Source: Camelus ferus (Eukaryota). Taken from it: a stretch of 64,000 nucleotides of DNA. The notes under the pieces are model-generated. The model was given only the letters and a program-made list of their open reading frames with translations. It was not told the DNA's origin and made no database searches. Shown piece after piece: positions 11,066 through 23,698 of the stretch (position 1 is the first letter of the stretch; every line of letters begins with the position of its first letter). Location: the NCBI RefSeq assembly GCF_009834535.1, contig NC_045697.1, positions 46,874,001-46,938,000 on the forward strand. The letters are read 5' to 3'. A program made the position numbers and the translations under genes.

Positions 11066-14000
11066 TAAAAATCCCATGTTATTGTCAAGAAAAAAGCATC
11101 CTCCTCTGAAAGCCTGAAATTCCACATCTGTTCCCTAACCACTTAAAACTGGCTGTCTCTAGAACTCTGCACTTGCATATCCTGTGTGGTGAGCAGCTGG
11201 ATGTAACGGCATTCAGCTTACCGCTTACCTCACCGTCCTTCTAACTTGTCAGTAATCACTAGAACCATCATGCCGTTAACCTCCATTGCTGATCAGATGT
11301 CCCTCGGTTATCTAGTAAATTTTAGCTATAAACAAAAGGCACGTTTACCTTACCCAATTTAGGCACCTAAGTCTCATCATTTTAAATCAGTGGAATGTGG
11401 TAATAACCATTCCTTTCATAAAGAATGTTGCATGTATCCTAAGAAAAGGGAAATACTGAGGCAGGCGGATTGATGGTATTTCACCCTGAAGAAACAGACC
11501 TTGAAAACTCGCCAGGCTTTCGGGAAGGGTCAGCCAGAGAGCCCCCAAAGGAAGCAGTTTGCCCATCTTCCTGTCAATAACACTTAGCACGCTGAGCTGT
11601 TTCATCAGACAGATGGCGGACCATGCACCATTATGATCAATACAGTGACACCACTCGTGCAGAAGGGTCCCATGGCTGTGACACTCTTCTCCCACCTCAG
11701 ACATGATTCTGTTTGTGTGGCCCTTTACAACTTTGCTGCGTAGATTCTACGTTCCCAATGGCAGGAAGGAAATGTAGGGGAACTTCAAGAGGAAAATCAA
11801 CTCTAGATACTTTCACTCAGTTTTCATAAAGAATTCTGATCTATCAAAGACCCACTGGTAATGTTACCAGCAGCAATGATACAATTAAGATTTTAATTAA
11901 ATCATAAATGTTCTTCAAATGAAAAATTTTCAAATATATACTACCCTTCTGTTTGATGTATAAATCCTTTAGAATTTAAAAATCTGTCTTAAAATGGGAT
12001 TTAGATTACCCATAAAATGCATTTTGTAAGTGATTTCAATTGATGTTAGAGATCCTTTAAGATTTAGCTGGAGATTAATGATTTTTATCTGAAGCACATT
12101 CACATTCATAGATTAGAGTCACCAAAAGGAATATTTCTTCAATTTTGATGACACATAAAAACCCCCAAATAAGTGAAATAGTGGTCAGTGGAATGGAATA
12201 TGGACTAATTCAGAATATAAAGTATATATCTGGACTTCCTTTTTAAAATGAGAAACAAAAAGCGGCTTAGTAAGAAAAGGTTAACATACCTATAATAGTT
12301 TTGTCAGTACTTTCTCTTTGCATTGGATAGAACAAATATAAAATGTTAACTAAAGAAAGATGCATTCTTACAAGATTTGTATAATTATAGTAAATAGGTT
12401 GTAAAATTAATCTATAAAATTATTTAACAACAAGAACAAACCAAGTATTAGAAATATCCTCTTTGCATAAATGTTATTATTTCTGGGAATAGGAAAAATT
12501 TAAAACATTAGGAGTGTTGTAAAGGGATCAGACTGGAGACTTCTTACTTGAGACAAGCACTTCATAACTTCAGTTCTATTCCTGAATCATGGAACTATGA
12601 TCTAACTATGTGATCCAATTATCACAGATTTATTTCTTTATAATCAGATAAATCATGAGTGTAGGCATATACCTAATGTTTTCTAAACAATGCGTGGTAA
12701 AATTGTTAGCCTAGAGTTCTGTTTGCCCCAAACTGTCAGTAACTATCCTGTCACCACTCACAACAAAGGGGAACTCTTCAGGGGTTCACATTCAAAAGAG
12801 GAAAGCAGCATTCTTTCTCAACCTAGTATAACCTATTCAAAAGCATTAACAATATACTGGACAGGTAAATATTTCCTATGTGGAGTCACTAAGGTAGCCA
12901 TTGGACCAATTCCTTTAGATAATTGGTTTGATATGGGTATTTGCTTACATAGATTGGATCCAGAATTTTTTTCTTTTCAAGCTGAAGCTGTTTTTATTCA
13001 CACTTGGGGTCCTCCATCTGTCGATAAAGCCTGTTAACTCACCACCTCACTGGCTCTGAGGTGCTAGTTTTCCATCTGGTAAAGCCCTAAAGAGAACCCC
13101 GGAGTCAGAGAAGTGTGAATCCTGTGGGTGCTCTCAACTCCAAGGCTTAGGTCCCCAAAGAGATGGAGTCTCTTTGAGAGCTGCAAATGCTTAGAAGCAA
13201 TACAATCCAAATATGTGCATGGCTTTCCCTAGACCAGAAAAGACACCTAGTGGCAATCCAGGCAAAACACTGAGTTAAGCTGTTTTAAAAAGTCAGCCTC
13301 CAGTACCCTACCACTTTCCTTTTGTAGTTTCTTTATTCCTTCGTGGCTACATTTCACCACTCACAAATCAAGAAGGAAGCATAATGTAGATATTTACACA
13401 TAGCCTCATCGTGCTATGTGATAAATTAAAGGTAGTTAGGAAATTGGGATAAAAGAAAAGTAATGGCTGGAACAAAAAAATGACTGAAGGGTATTTCTCA
13501 AAAAGATGTGCCAAAGAATCCTATACTTTTACAAGAATTGAGTCATAAACTGAACAGTAATGACCTCAGTAGTTTGCTCAAAGAGAAGGAGTTCATGGTT
13601 AATTGTATTCATAAGATTTCTTTTAACTATTCAACTGATTTGAGAAAATCAGACGTATTCCTGGCACTGAGATTTGAAAGAATTTTTTCTCATGGATTCT
13701 CATTAAAAGGACACTGCCTGACGTAGAGAATAAATCCTTAATGATATCCATCCAGTATCTCCAACAAATTCCTTGGGGCTATTTCTAATAATGACCTTCA
13801 GTAAATAGCAAAGCTTTGAGGTATAGCCCAACAGAAGCAAAACAATGTGACCTAAATTCAGAGCTTTTTACTGTCTGCATTAACCCAAAAATAAAAGTGT
13901 CAGTGAGTTTGAATTTACACTCCCTAGAAAGTGTCTGGACTGTGGTTCTTTCTCTTGGCCAATTAAATGTAGACCCATATGCCTTGATAATTGTCCATCC

Positions 14001-14384
14001 TGGGAGTAATTAGGGTTGATGTCATTTTAGGAAATGGGAATACTAGCAGGATATTGCTTAAATAGAAAGCCACTGAATTACTTGGGAATGGGCCATGGGG
14101 CAAGGAAATGTACTGTTACAGGAACAAAAATTTTCTAAAATAATTCATAATTCTAGGTCTAATCCAGATAGACTTAGATATAGATTATAGATATATTTAA
14201 AATCAAAGCTCCAACCTTCTACAGCCAAAGATAAACCTGAAATCATGTTATCCTGGGAAGATTTTAAAGAAAGCATCACTTGACACAAACAGTAAACTTA
14301 TTTATTGGTTTTGCAGTTTTATCTTTCCTGCCAAAGTTTTCCTGAAACAAACAACTACTTCTTGTTGCCACAAAGGTCTCACTT

Positions 14385-15040
14385 CTCATTATCTGTTTCT
14401 CAGCTCTGTGCTCGTCTGTGCTGGATCTACCTCCAGGTGGGACTTCTCCATTTTGGTGATGAGATGCCACCAGGAACCCCAGGAATATATTCTACCAATT
14501 ATGCCGCCCCAGTTAAGGAGAGCGCACCTCCCTTAATAGTAATAGCAAAAGCCCTAGGCCCAAGTCTGATGGGTCCAGCTTACATCAGATGCCCATCATG
14601 AGTCCATAACAGTGACCAGATGGATAAGATGTATTTATTAGCCAGTTCTGGCTCATGTGTCTATGCTTGAAACAGAAAGTGAGGGAGAAGGTCGTTTCAT
14701 TTGAATGATATACACCAAGGGTCAGCAAACCAAAGCCCACAAGTCAGCTACCTGCTTTAGTGAGTAAAGTTTGACTGACCCACAGCCATGCCTGTTTCTT
14801 CATGTATTGTCTACATCTGCGTTCATTCTACAATGGCAACACTGAGTGGGTGTAACAGAGACCATATAAGCCTGCAGATCTGAACTATTAAGTAGCTGAC
14901 CCTTTAAGAAAAAGTTTGCTGACTCCTCACATAGACCAAAAATGGAAATGAGTGGCTCTCAAAAGAAAAACAAGAGATTCCTATTAAAAAAAAAAAGATG
15001 AAATAAGTGTTAGAAAGACAAAAGCAATACTACATCTCCA
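14385..15040 (-). mobile_element. MaLR LTR (old MLT1 type), interrupted by MER58
   Basis: MLT1-like blocks on both sides of the MER58 insertion. Confidence 0.6.
14716..14928. mobile_element. MER58A-like hAT-Charlie MITE
   Basis: Terminal inverted repeats caagggtcagcaaac / gtttgctgactcctc. Degenerate 8-bp TSD atatacac (14708-14715) / acatagac (14929-14936). Confidence 0.88.
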
Positions 15041-15349
15041 AGATACACTGGTTACAGAAGACATTCCCTCAGAAGTAAATTAGTTGAACTCATCATGTAG
15101 ATTTTGGAGGACTTCTTAAAGAATAGTCTTTGATTTTCAAAAATTATCTTCTAAAGTCACCTTAATTAGTAACAGTACAACCACTCCATATATACACGGA
15201 AAAAGCCTAACTTTCTATTTTCAAAGGAGGCTATAGAAAAACAAATCCAACTCATCCAAAGTGGTATTAAAGCACACAAGTGAAAAAAAAAAAAAAAAAA
15301 AAACAAGAAAAGAAACTTCTTCACAGATAGTAGCTAAGACCAGGTGATG

Positions 15350-15570
15350 ATGGCTTAGACACATGGCAGACACCACTCTGGGTACTTTATATATTCTCAT
15401 CTCATTTAATCCTCACCATCAACTCTGTGAGGTTAGCTATTATTATCACCATTTTACAAATAAAGGCCAAAGAAGACAAGGGACCTGTCTCAACCACAAA
15501 AGTTACAATGGCAGAACTAGCACGAGGACCCAGGCTCCCTCTCAGTGACACATGTGATGCTGCCTTCCTT
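15350..15570 (-). mobile_element. MIR SINE
   Basis: atctcatttaatcctcacc...ctgtgaggttag...ccattttacaaataa. Confidence 0.8.
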
Positions 15571-16139
15571 ATGAAAAACAAAAGTAATTCATGGTGATGC
15601 TAACAGAGCATGGATCAATCCGGTGTTGGTTATTCTGCTGTTATGCTCAGTTATATCCCCATGGCAGTGGTCAAGCATTCACAGAATCTTGGGGCTGTCA
15701 GATATTATATAAAAGTCTCTCTGACAGATGTTATCCTCAAGAACAAATTCTCATTTCATATGATAGGCAGAAGGATTTGGGTGTTTATATGAGTCATCTG
15801 GCTCGTAATTTAGTAGTAGTTGTGGAGAGGAGAACTATACTGAGGGACTGGAGAATTAGATTATTTTCCTGATTTTGCCAGGTACATGCTACACAAATGT
15901 GAAAGCCAACTATTATTTTTGACATGTGGATGACACTTTATGAGCTTCTGAACAATAGTGCAAACAGTAACATAGAAAAGAAATTTGGGGACTTATGGAA
16001 AGCATTATGGGTTTCAATTCATCACCACACTATTTTAGAAATAGAAAACAGATCTAAGAAGAGCTGTGGAAAATGGAACAGCTGCTTTGGAGCAGAAAGA
16101 AAAATTTCAAATGTATGATCACTATTTTAGTGATTTAAA

Positions 16140-16770
16140 AAAATTTTTGTTATGGAAATTTTCAAACATATACAAAAGTAGAGAATCATTTTTATATCAT
16201 GTACCCTGTCCTAGCTTAAATAATTATCAAGGTATGTCCGATCTTATTTTTTTGTGTACTCTTAACAACACTCCACCCCCACTGGACTGTATATTATTCC
16301 ATCCATAAATTCTTCAAAATCTCTCTGTAAAAGATAACTCTGTTTAAAAAAAGAAATCACAATAGCTCTATCACACCCGAAAAAATTAACAATAAATTCT
16401 TACTGTTACTAAATAGCCTTTTATTGTTCAACTATCCCCGACTATGTCATACATATATATTTAATACACATATAAATGTGATTTGTCCTAGAAAATATTC
16501 CATATTCAGGATTTGTCTGAATGCATGCCCATGGTGTTATTTAAAATATTCCTTTTTGCCTTTTATTTCCTGTAAACTGGTAATGGATCTAAATGCTTGA
16601 TCAGGCTTATGTTTAATTATTTTTTGGCAATAATAAATCATAAAAATCATATGTTTCGCCTCCCTACTCTGTCTCATTAGGAGGCAGATTATCTGATTGT
16701 CTCTCTTTTCATAACGTTGAAAGACTGATTAATTGGTTTAGATGTTGTACAACATGACTCACCCACTAGA
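16140..16770 (-). mobile_element. Old L1 (L1MC/L1ME-type) 3' fragment
   Basis: Starts tttttgttatggaaattttcaaacatatacaaaagtagagaat, which is characteristic of old L1M 3' ends. Confidence 0.7.
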
Positions 16771-17641
16771 AAGTATGGGATCATTTTTACGGAGGCATGT
16801 AAACCTCTAAGAAACAAGCTGACACAGTTTCAAAAAGGTGTAAAGCATTTTTGGGAAAAGATTGCCTTCATACTACCAGCTATGCTGGCTTACAGGCTTC
16901 CAATATGGGATTTAATTGCCAATCTTCTGAGATGAAGAGTTAAAAAAGCCCGGGGTCCCCTACTGTAAGTAGGGAGGGCAACTTCTCTGGAATACCCTTT
17001 TTAGAATTACGGAGAAAATGAAGTTCAATGCCAGGACCTTTTCCATTTCCCCCCATTACTTCACCAAAGGGAAGTGGCTAATTTTACTTAAAGACTCGTG
17101 CATGTCAGACCAGTAGGCTTCTTTTTTGAGAATAATAGGCCGTATCCAGTACCTAGCCCCCTTTGTAAAAGTATACAAGGAGCCAGTTAGGCTAGTGGCC
17201 TCAGCTGGGGTCTGCGTCAGTTTGTTTGCTGAAAGGCGTTTCTGGAGCATTTAATAAGTACAGGCATTATGCCGGGCTCTGACTAAACAGGCACGTCCTA
17301 CTCTCATGGAGTGTTTTAGAGAATACACATACTAAATCAGAAATTAAACAAAAATTAAAATGTGCAAAGAGCTGCTGAGGAAGTACAGTGTGCTATGATG
17401 ATACACAATGGGAGTCTCTGCTGCCGTTTTGGGAGCGAAGGAGGCTTTTTCTGGGAAAGAATTCCTGAAGGAAGCATAGAACAGTAGAACTGGTACTAGT
17501 AAATAATTTTTTCAACTACAGATGAGTCTCCAAGTTCTCAAACAATCACTCTATTAAGATTATTATCTCACATGGACCTAATATTCAGGCCCAGAAGAAG
17601 TCATATTAAACATACAGTAAGAAAACCTAAAACCCTCTAAG

Positions 17642-19679
17642 TTTTTTTGTTTGTTTGTTTGTTTGTTTGTTTTTTAATATTTTTTGATTGAGTAATAGTC
17701 ATTTTACAATGTTGTGTCAAATTCCAGTGTAGAGCACAATTTTTCAGTTATACATGAACATACATATATTCATTGTCACACATTTTCTTTTTGCTGTGAG
17801 CTACCACAAGATCTTGTATATATTTCCCTGGGCTATATATACAGTATACAGTATACAAGATTATATACAGTATAATCTTGTTTATCTATTCTACATTTTG
17901 AAATCCCAGTCTGTCCCCTCCCACCCCCCGCCCTCTTGGCAACCACAAGTTTGTATTCTATGAGTCTGTTTCTGTTTTGTATTTGTTTGTTTGTTTGTTT
18001 GTTTTGTATTTTTTTAGATTCCATATATGAGCGAGCTCATATGGTATTTTTCTTTCTCTTTCTGGCTTACTTCACTTAGAATGACATTCTCCAGGAACAT
18101 CCATGTTGCTGCAAATGGCGTTGTTGGTTTTTATGGCTGAATAGTATTCCGTTGTATAAATATACCACATCTTCTGTATCCAGTCATCTGTTGATGGACA
18201 TTTGGGCTATTTCCATTTCTTGGCTATTGTAAATAGTGCTGCTATGAACATTGGGGTGCAGGTGTCTTTCTGAAGTAGGGTTCCTTCTGGACATATGCCC
18301 AGGAGCGGGATTTCTGGGTCATATGGTAAGTCTATTCCTAGTCTTTTGAGGAATCTCCATACTGTTTTCCACAGTGGCTGCACCAAACTGCATTCCCACC
18401 AGCAGTGTAGGAGGGTTCCGTTTTCTCCACAGCCTCTCCAGCAGTTGTCATTTGCAGACTTTTGAATGATGGCCATTCTGACTGGTGTGAGGTGATACCT
18501 CATTGTAGTTTTGATTTGCATTTCTCTGATAATTAGTGATATTGAGCATTTTTTCACATGCCTATTGATCATTTGTATTTCTTCCTTGGAGAATTGCTTG
18601 TTTAGGTCTTCTGCCCATTTTTGGATTGGGTTGTTTGTTTTTTTCTTATTAAGTTGTATGAGCTGCTTATATATTCTGGAAATCAAGTCTTTGTCAGTTT
18701 CATTTGCAAAAATTTTCTCCCATTCCAGAGGTTGTTGTTTTGTTTTATTTATGGTTTCCTTTGCTGTGCAGAAGTTTGTAAGTTTCATTAGGTCCCATTT
18801 GTTTATTCTTGCTTTTATTTCTATTGCTTGGGTAGACTGTCCTAGGAGAGCATTTTTGAGATGTATGTGAGATAATGTTTTACCTATATTTTCTTCCAGG
18901 AGGTTTATTGCATCTTGTTTTATCTTTAAGTCTTTGATCCATTTTGAGTTTATTTTTGTGTATGGTGTAAGGGAGTGTTCTAGCTTCACTGATTTATATG
19001 CTGCTGTCCAGTTTTCCCAACACCATTTGCTGAAGAGACTGTCTTTATTTCATTGTCGAAGATTAGTTGACCAAAAGTTTGTGGGTTCATTTCTGGGCTC
19101 TCTATTGTGTTCCATTGGTCTATAGGTCTGTTTTTGTACCAATACCATGCTGTCTTGATTACTGTAGCTCTATAGTATAGTCTGAAGTCTGGGAGAGTAA
19201 TTCCTCCAGCCTCTTTCTTTTTCTTCAGTAATGCTTTGGCAATTCTAGGTCTTTTGTGGTTCCATATAAATTTTGTTATGATTTGTTCTAGTTCTGTGAA
19301 ATATGTTCTGGGCAATTTGATAGGGATTGTATTAAATCTGTAGATTGCCTTGGGCAGTGTGACCATTTTAACAATATTGATTCTTCCAATCCAGGAGCAT
19401 GGGATATCTTTCCATTTTTTAACGTCTTCTTTAATTTTCTTCATCAGTGGTTTATAGTTTTCTGTGCATAATTCTTTCACCACCTTGGTTAGATTTACTC
19501 CTAGGTATTTTATTACTTTGGGTGCTATTTTAAAGGGGATTGTTTCTTTACTTTCTTTTTCTGTCGATTCATTGTTAGTGTAAAGAAATGCAACTGATTT
19601 TTGAACATTAATCTTGTAATCTGCTACCTTGCTGAGTTCTTTGATCAGCTCTAGTAGTTTTTGTGTGGACCTTTTAGGG
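17642..19679 (-). mobile_element. Young 5'-truncated L1 (about 2 kb)
   Basis: ORF2 C-terminal homology, 3' UTR and a (CAAA)n tail. Perfect TSD taaaaccctctaagttttttt at 17628-17648 and 19680-19700. Confidence 0.97.
18020..19679 (-). pseudogene. L1 ORF2p C-terminal region (post-RT through cysteine-rich domain), disrupted
   Basis: ORFs 18986-19483 ([32 protein letters not shown]) and 18207-18989 ([18 protein letters not shown]) are L1 ORF2p. There is a frameshift near 19055 and a premature TAG at 18207. Confidence 0.97.
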
Positions 19680-20002
19680 TAAAACCCTCTAAGTTTTTTT
19701 GCTCATAAAAATTTATTATAAACAATGCCAATGTTGGGATGTCAGTCCGTGTCGTAAACTCCAAAATGGCATTCTAGTCTCTTTGATAGCTTCTTCTCAA
19801 ATAGGCCAACCCCTTTTTTGACAATCATTTATAAGCAATTAGTGCAATGTTTGTGTACTGTAGGCACCATAAATTAGAAAACTGTGGACATGGATTATGT
19901 TGGAAAATTTTCTGTACAATCTTTTGAAAAATATAGACCAGGTGCCAGTAAATGTAGGTAGAATGTCGACTTGTTGCACAGTTAGACTTTCCATTTGACA
20001 GA

Positions 20003-20235
20003 ATAATGTAATGGTTAAGAGCAAGTAAGAGGACCTGAGTTCAAAGGTCAGCTGCTACTTACAAGCTCTAGGACCTTGCAGCAATTACATGGTATCTCCA
20101 TGACCCACTTCTTGTGACAAGGTATAATAGTAGGAGCGTCTCCAAAGGGTTGCAGCGAGGCTTAGATGAGATGATGTGTTCAAAGACTTGGAATCATGGC
20201 AGGCAGATGGCGAACATATTAGCTATTATTATTAC
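20003..20235 (+). mobile_element. MIR SINE
   Basis: aatggttaagagc...cctgagttcaaa...tacttacaagct...agggttgcagcgagg...ttagctattattatt. Confidence 0.75.
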
Positions 20236-20469
20236 TAATAAATACAGACCAAAAGATCTTTTAAACCCTGAAGACCAGGTCTAGTAGTGAGTTAAAGCAG
20301 AGCTCTGTATGTGGTCTAATATCAAACAGCATTTTTGTTAGTTCATTGACTGATTCTAACTCTTGTGTGTGTTTATGATGATGTTGGGCACGTCATCTAA
20401 CCTCTTTGATCCCCATTTCCTTGTCTGTATAACAGATATTAGGGTCTTCCTTAAAGAATAAGTACATCA

Positions 20470-21870
20470 ATCAAACAGTCGAGAAATAGAGCCATACATA
20501 TTTACTCAATTGATTTTTTTCAAAAGAACAAAGGTAATTCAAATGGAGAAAGGAGATTAAAAAAAGAAAAAAGAAAAAAAAAACAAGTGGAGAAAGGAGA
20601 GTCTTCTGAACAAGTGGCACTGGGATAGCTGAATGTCTATATGCAAAAAAAAAACAGATTATCAACTCATTTTTCACACTATACAAAAAATTAACTCAAT
20701 ATATATCATAGACCAAATACAAAATTTAAAAGCATGAAATTTCCAGAAAAAGACACAGGAAAGTCACTATAATCTTGGGTGAGGCAAATATTTCTTATAT
20801 ACAATACCAAAAGTACATTCCATATAAGAAAATATTGATGTATTGGATTTCATAAAAAAAAATAAAATGTCTACTTTGTAAAAGACATAGTTAATAGAAA
20901 GAAAAGTAAAAACCAAAGACTAGTAGAAAAATTTTGTAAGTTATAGATCTGATAAAAGACATGTATTCTGCCTATGTAAAGAAGTCTCAAAACTTAAGAA
21001 AATGAACACCCAAAATGAAAGATGGGCAAATGATTTAAGAAGACAGTTCACTGAAGAAGATATGCAGATGGCAACTAAGTACATGACAAGCACATGAAAA
21101 CATGTTAAAATCATTAACCATTAAGGAAATGTAAATTGAAACCACAATGAGATACTACTACACACCTACTAGAATGTCTAAAATCATAAGCCTGACAATA
21201 ATACCAAGTGCTGACAAGGATGTGAAGTAACTAAACTCTCACACATGGCTGGTGAGAATGGAAATTGGTGCAGCCATTTTGGAAAAGTTTGGTAGCTCCT
21301 TATATGGTTAAACAAACATATATTTACCATATAACTCAGGAATCGCACTCCTAGGTGTTTACCCTAGAGAAATAAAAACTTAGGGTCACACAAAAACCTG
21401 TACATGAATGTTCATAGCAATTTTATTCATTATTGCCCAAAACCTGAATACAACCCAAATGTCCTCTGATGGGTGAATGGATGAAACAACTGTGGGCACC
21501 CATGCAATGGTACTTCTCAGCAATACAAAGGAATGAACTACTTATACACACAGTAACATGGATGAATCGCAAGTATATCTCCCTAAGTGAAAGGATCTAG
21601 ACTCAAAAGTTTACATACTACATGATTCAATTTTTACTGCATTCTGGTAAAGGCAAAATTAAGGGACTGGGAGTGAAGATGGGGAAGGGACGAACTATAA
21701 AGGGCTTAAGGAAACTTTGATAAAACCATTCTATACCTTAATTGTGGTGGTAGTTACATGAGTATACAAGCTGATTAAAATGAATAGAACTATACACCAA
21801 AGAGAGTGAATTTCAATGTATGTAAATCATATCGCAATACAATGATTTCCAAATTCTATTAAAAATAAAA
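20470..21870 (+). mobile_element. Old L1 (L1MB/L1MC-type) ORF2 end and 3' UTR
   Basis: Decayed ORF2 motifs (gaaaccacaatgagatactactacacacctactagaatg; caacccaaatgtcc) followed by a 3' UTR. Confidence 0.9.
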
Positions 21871-22289
21871 GGTTTATAATTGTGGGAGCTGTACAGTAGC
21901 TGTAATAACAGCACTACTATTACTGTTGGAAAGTCCTTTAATAATTACTACTATTCCCCCAAAGTCTTTTATTTTTGGTAATCAATACAATGCTCAGGCC
22001 AGAAAATAAACAAAAAGCCAAAAATCAACCTTCCAGGGTTGTACAAGGAATAAATGAGAGGACGTATGTGCAATACTTCATTACACTACTGGACTCAGTT
22101 GGATAACAGGCACTGGATTACAAACACACAATAAGTGGCAGCTATTATTATTGATTTTGTTGTCATTGCTAAGAGATATTTCAACTCATACTTAAGGCCT
22201 TTTATTAATTTTCATTAACCCCCAAATGGAAAAGCCACCTAATAAAGACACAATCTAGTTTCAGAAAAATGGAGGGAATTCAAACTATG

Positions 22290-22660
22290 GGCTAAAATAA
22301 CCTGGCAGAAATGTACTTAAAACAAATGGAAGTATCTATACATTTTCATAAATCAATTGACAAAAGCATGGCAGAAGCAACTTGATTCAATAACAATTAA
22401 TATGAGAAAGAGGAGAGAGGTTTTGCTGAGAACTAGCTCAGTGTGACTTGGTGGTGTAGTCCGGTTGCCTAAGGAAAATACATTATTTGAAACAGAGTAA
22501 CCTATTCAAGGGAAATAGGCCCCTCACCCTCAGCAGACCTCACTGACTGAGATACCACCTTTTAGGAGGAACACTGACAAATTGGGCTGGGTGTCCAGAT
22601 GGGTGTACCCAAAATGAAACCATGTCACATGAAGAATTGAGGGAACTGGCAGTGCTCTGA
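22290..22660 (+). mobile_element. L3/CR1 LINE fragment
   Basis: accacctttttaggaggaacactgacaaattgg...gaaaccatgtcacatgaagaattgagggaactgg resembles the L3 3' region. Confidence 0.6.
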
Positions 22661-23154
22661 CTGAATAGTCAATGGGAAAATGTTTACTCCTACCCATGGC
22701 ATGTTATCTGTCTCACTTAAGAACTCCTTACCTGCCTGTTAGTTTGATCTCAAGTTGTTTCTTGAGCGATCCATTCATACTCTCAATTTATATCAAATAC
22801 CAGCGCAATCCTGAAATTGATTTGTGCTTGTTCAGTTCTTCCCAGCAACATTTAAACATTCTCATCAAACAAACAAAAATTCCTCTTCAACCACTGCTTT
22901 TTCTCTCTTATAGAAAAATTGCTTATATTCTTTTCTCCCACTCCATCCTCCATCTAACCCTCATCACTTCATTGAAACAATTCAGTCTAAGGTCACCAAT
23001 GAAATCTACATTGCTAGAGCTGATGCCTGACATTCAGTTCTTTTCAAATGAGCTCAAGGCAGCACTCAACATCGCCTTCTTCATGCAACATTCTCTTCCA
23101 CTGGTTTCGGTGACATGCACTCTCTTCAAACCCTCCTGTCCTCTCTATCTTTTT

Positions 23155-23663
23155 TAGCTGCTCATTGGCTCCCCAAATCCATTCTCTACTTCTTGAGTGG
23201 AAATCACGTTTTAGATGGGCATGTGATCACCAAAACATCCCTTACAGCTAGGTCTGGCCATGTGACTAAACTTAGCAGAGGAGATGTGTGCAACTTTCAT
23301 ATCACTTTCTTAAAAGGTAACTCCTTGACCTCTACTCCTTTTCTTTCCCTTTCTGTGGATGAAAAGCTGATGAAGAGATGAGGACACCCTAAGGAATGTG
23401 GGACAACAGGACGGGGAACCTAGGTCCATGAATGATCTCATAAGGCAGACCGGCTTATTCACCCTGATTGCCTGCTCTCCTCAGACTGTTTTCTCGATGA
23501 AAAGGAACTGCTATCTCATTTTAACCACCGTATTTTTGGTCATTTTATTATAGGCACTTTATCCCACACCTAATAAATTAAAATTCTGATACCTAATAGT
23601 AGGATTTTGCTAAACAAAACCTGAAATATGTGGCATTCACTTAGTGGTCAGGAATTTAATGGC

Positions 23664-23698
<35 letters not shown>

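Noticed and set aside
18207..19483. L1 ORFs as a functional reverse transcriptase or novel retro-system
   Set aside because: The element is 5'-truncated, lacks the endonuclease and RT core, and has a frameshift and a premature stop. It is an ordinary dead L1.
21298..21307. CArG box CCTTATATGG
   Set aside because: It lies inside an old L1 with no supporting context, and such matches are expected by chance.
22672..23157. 161-aa ORF
   Set aside because: It lies in a decayed L2, with a Leu/Ser-rich composition typical of spurious frames.
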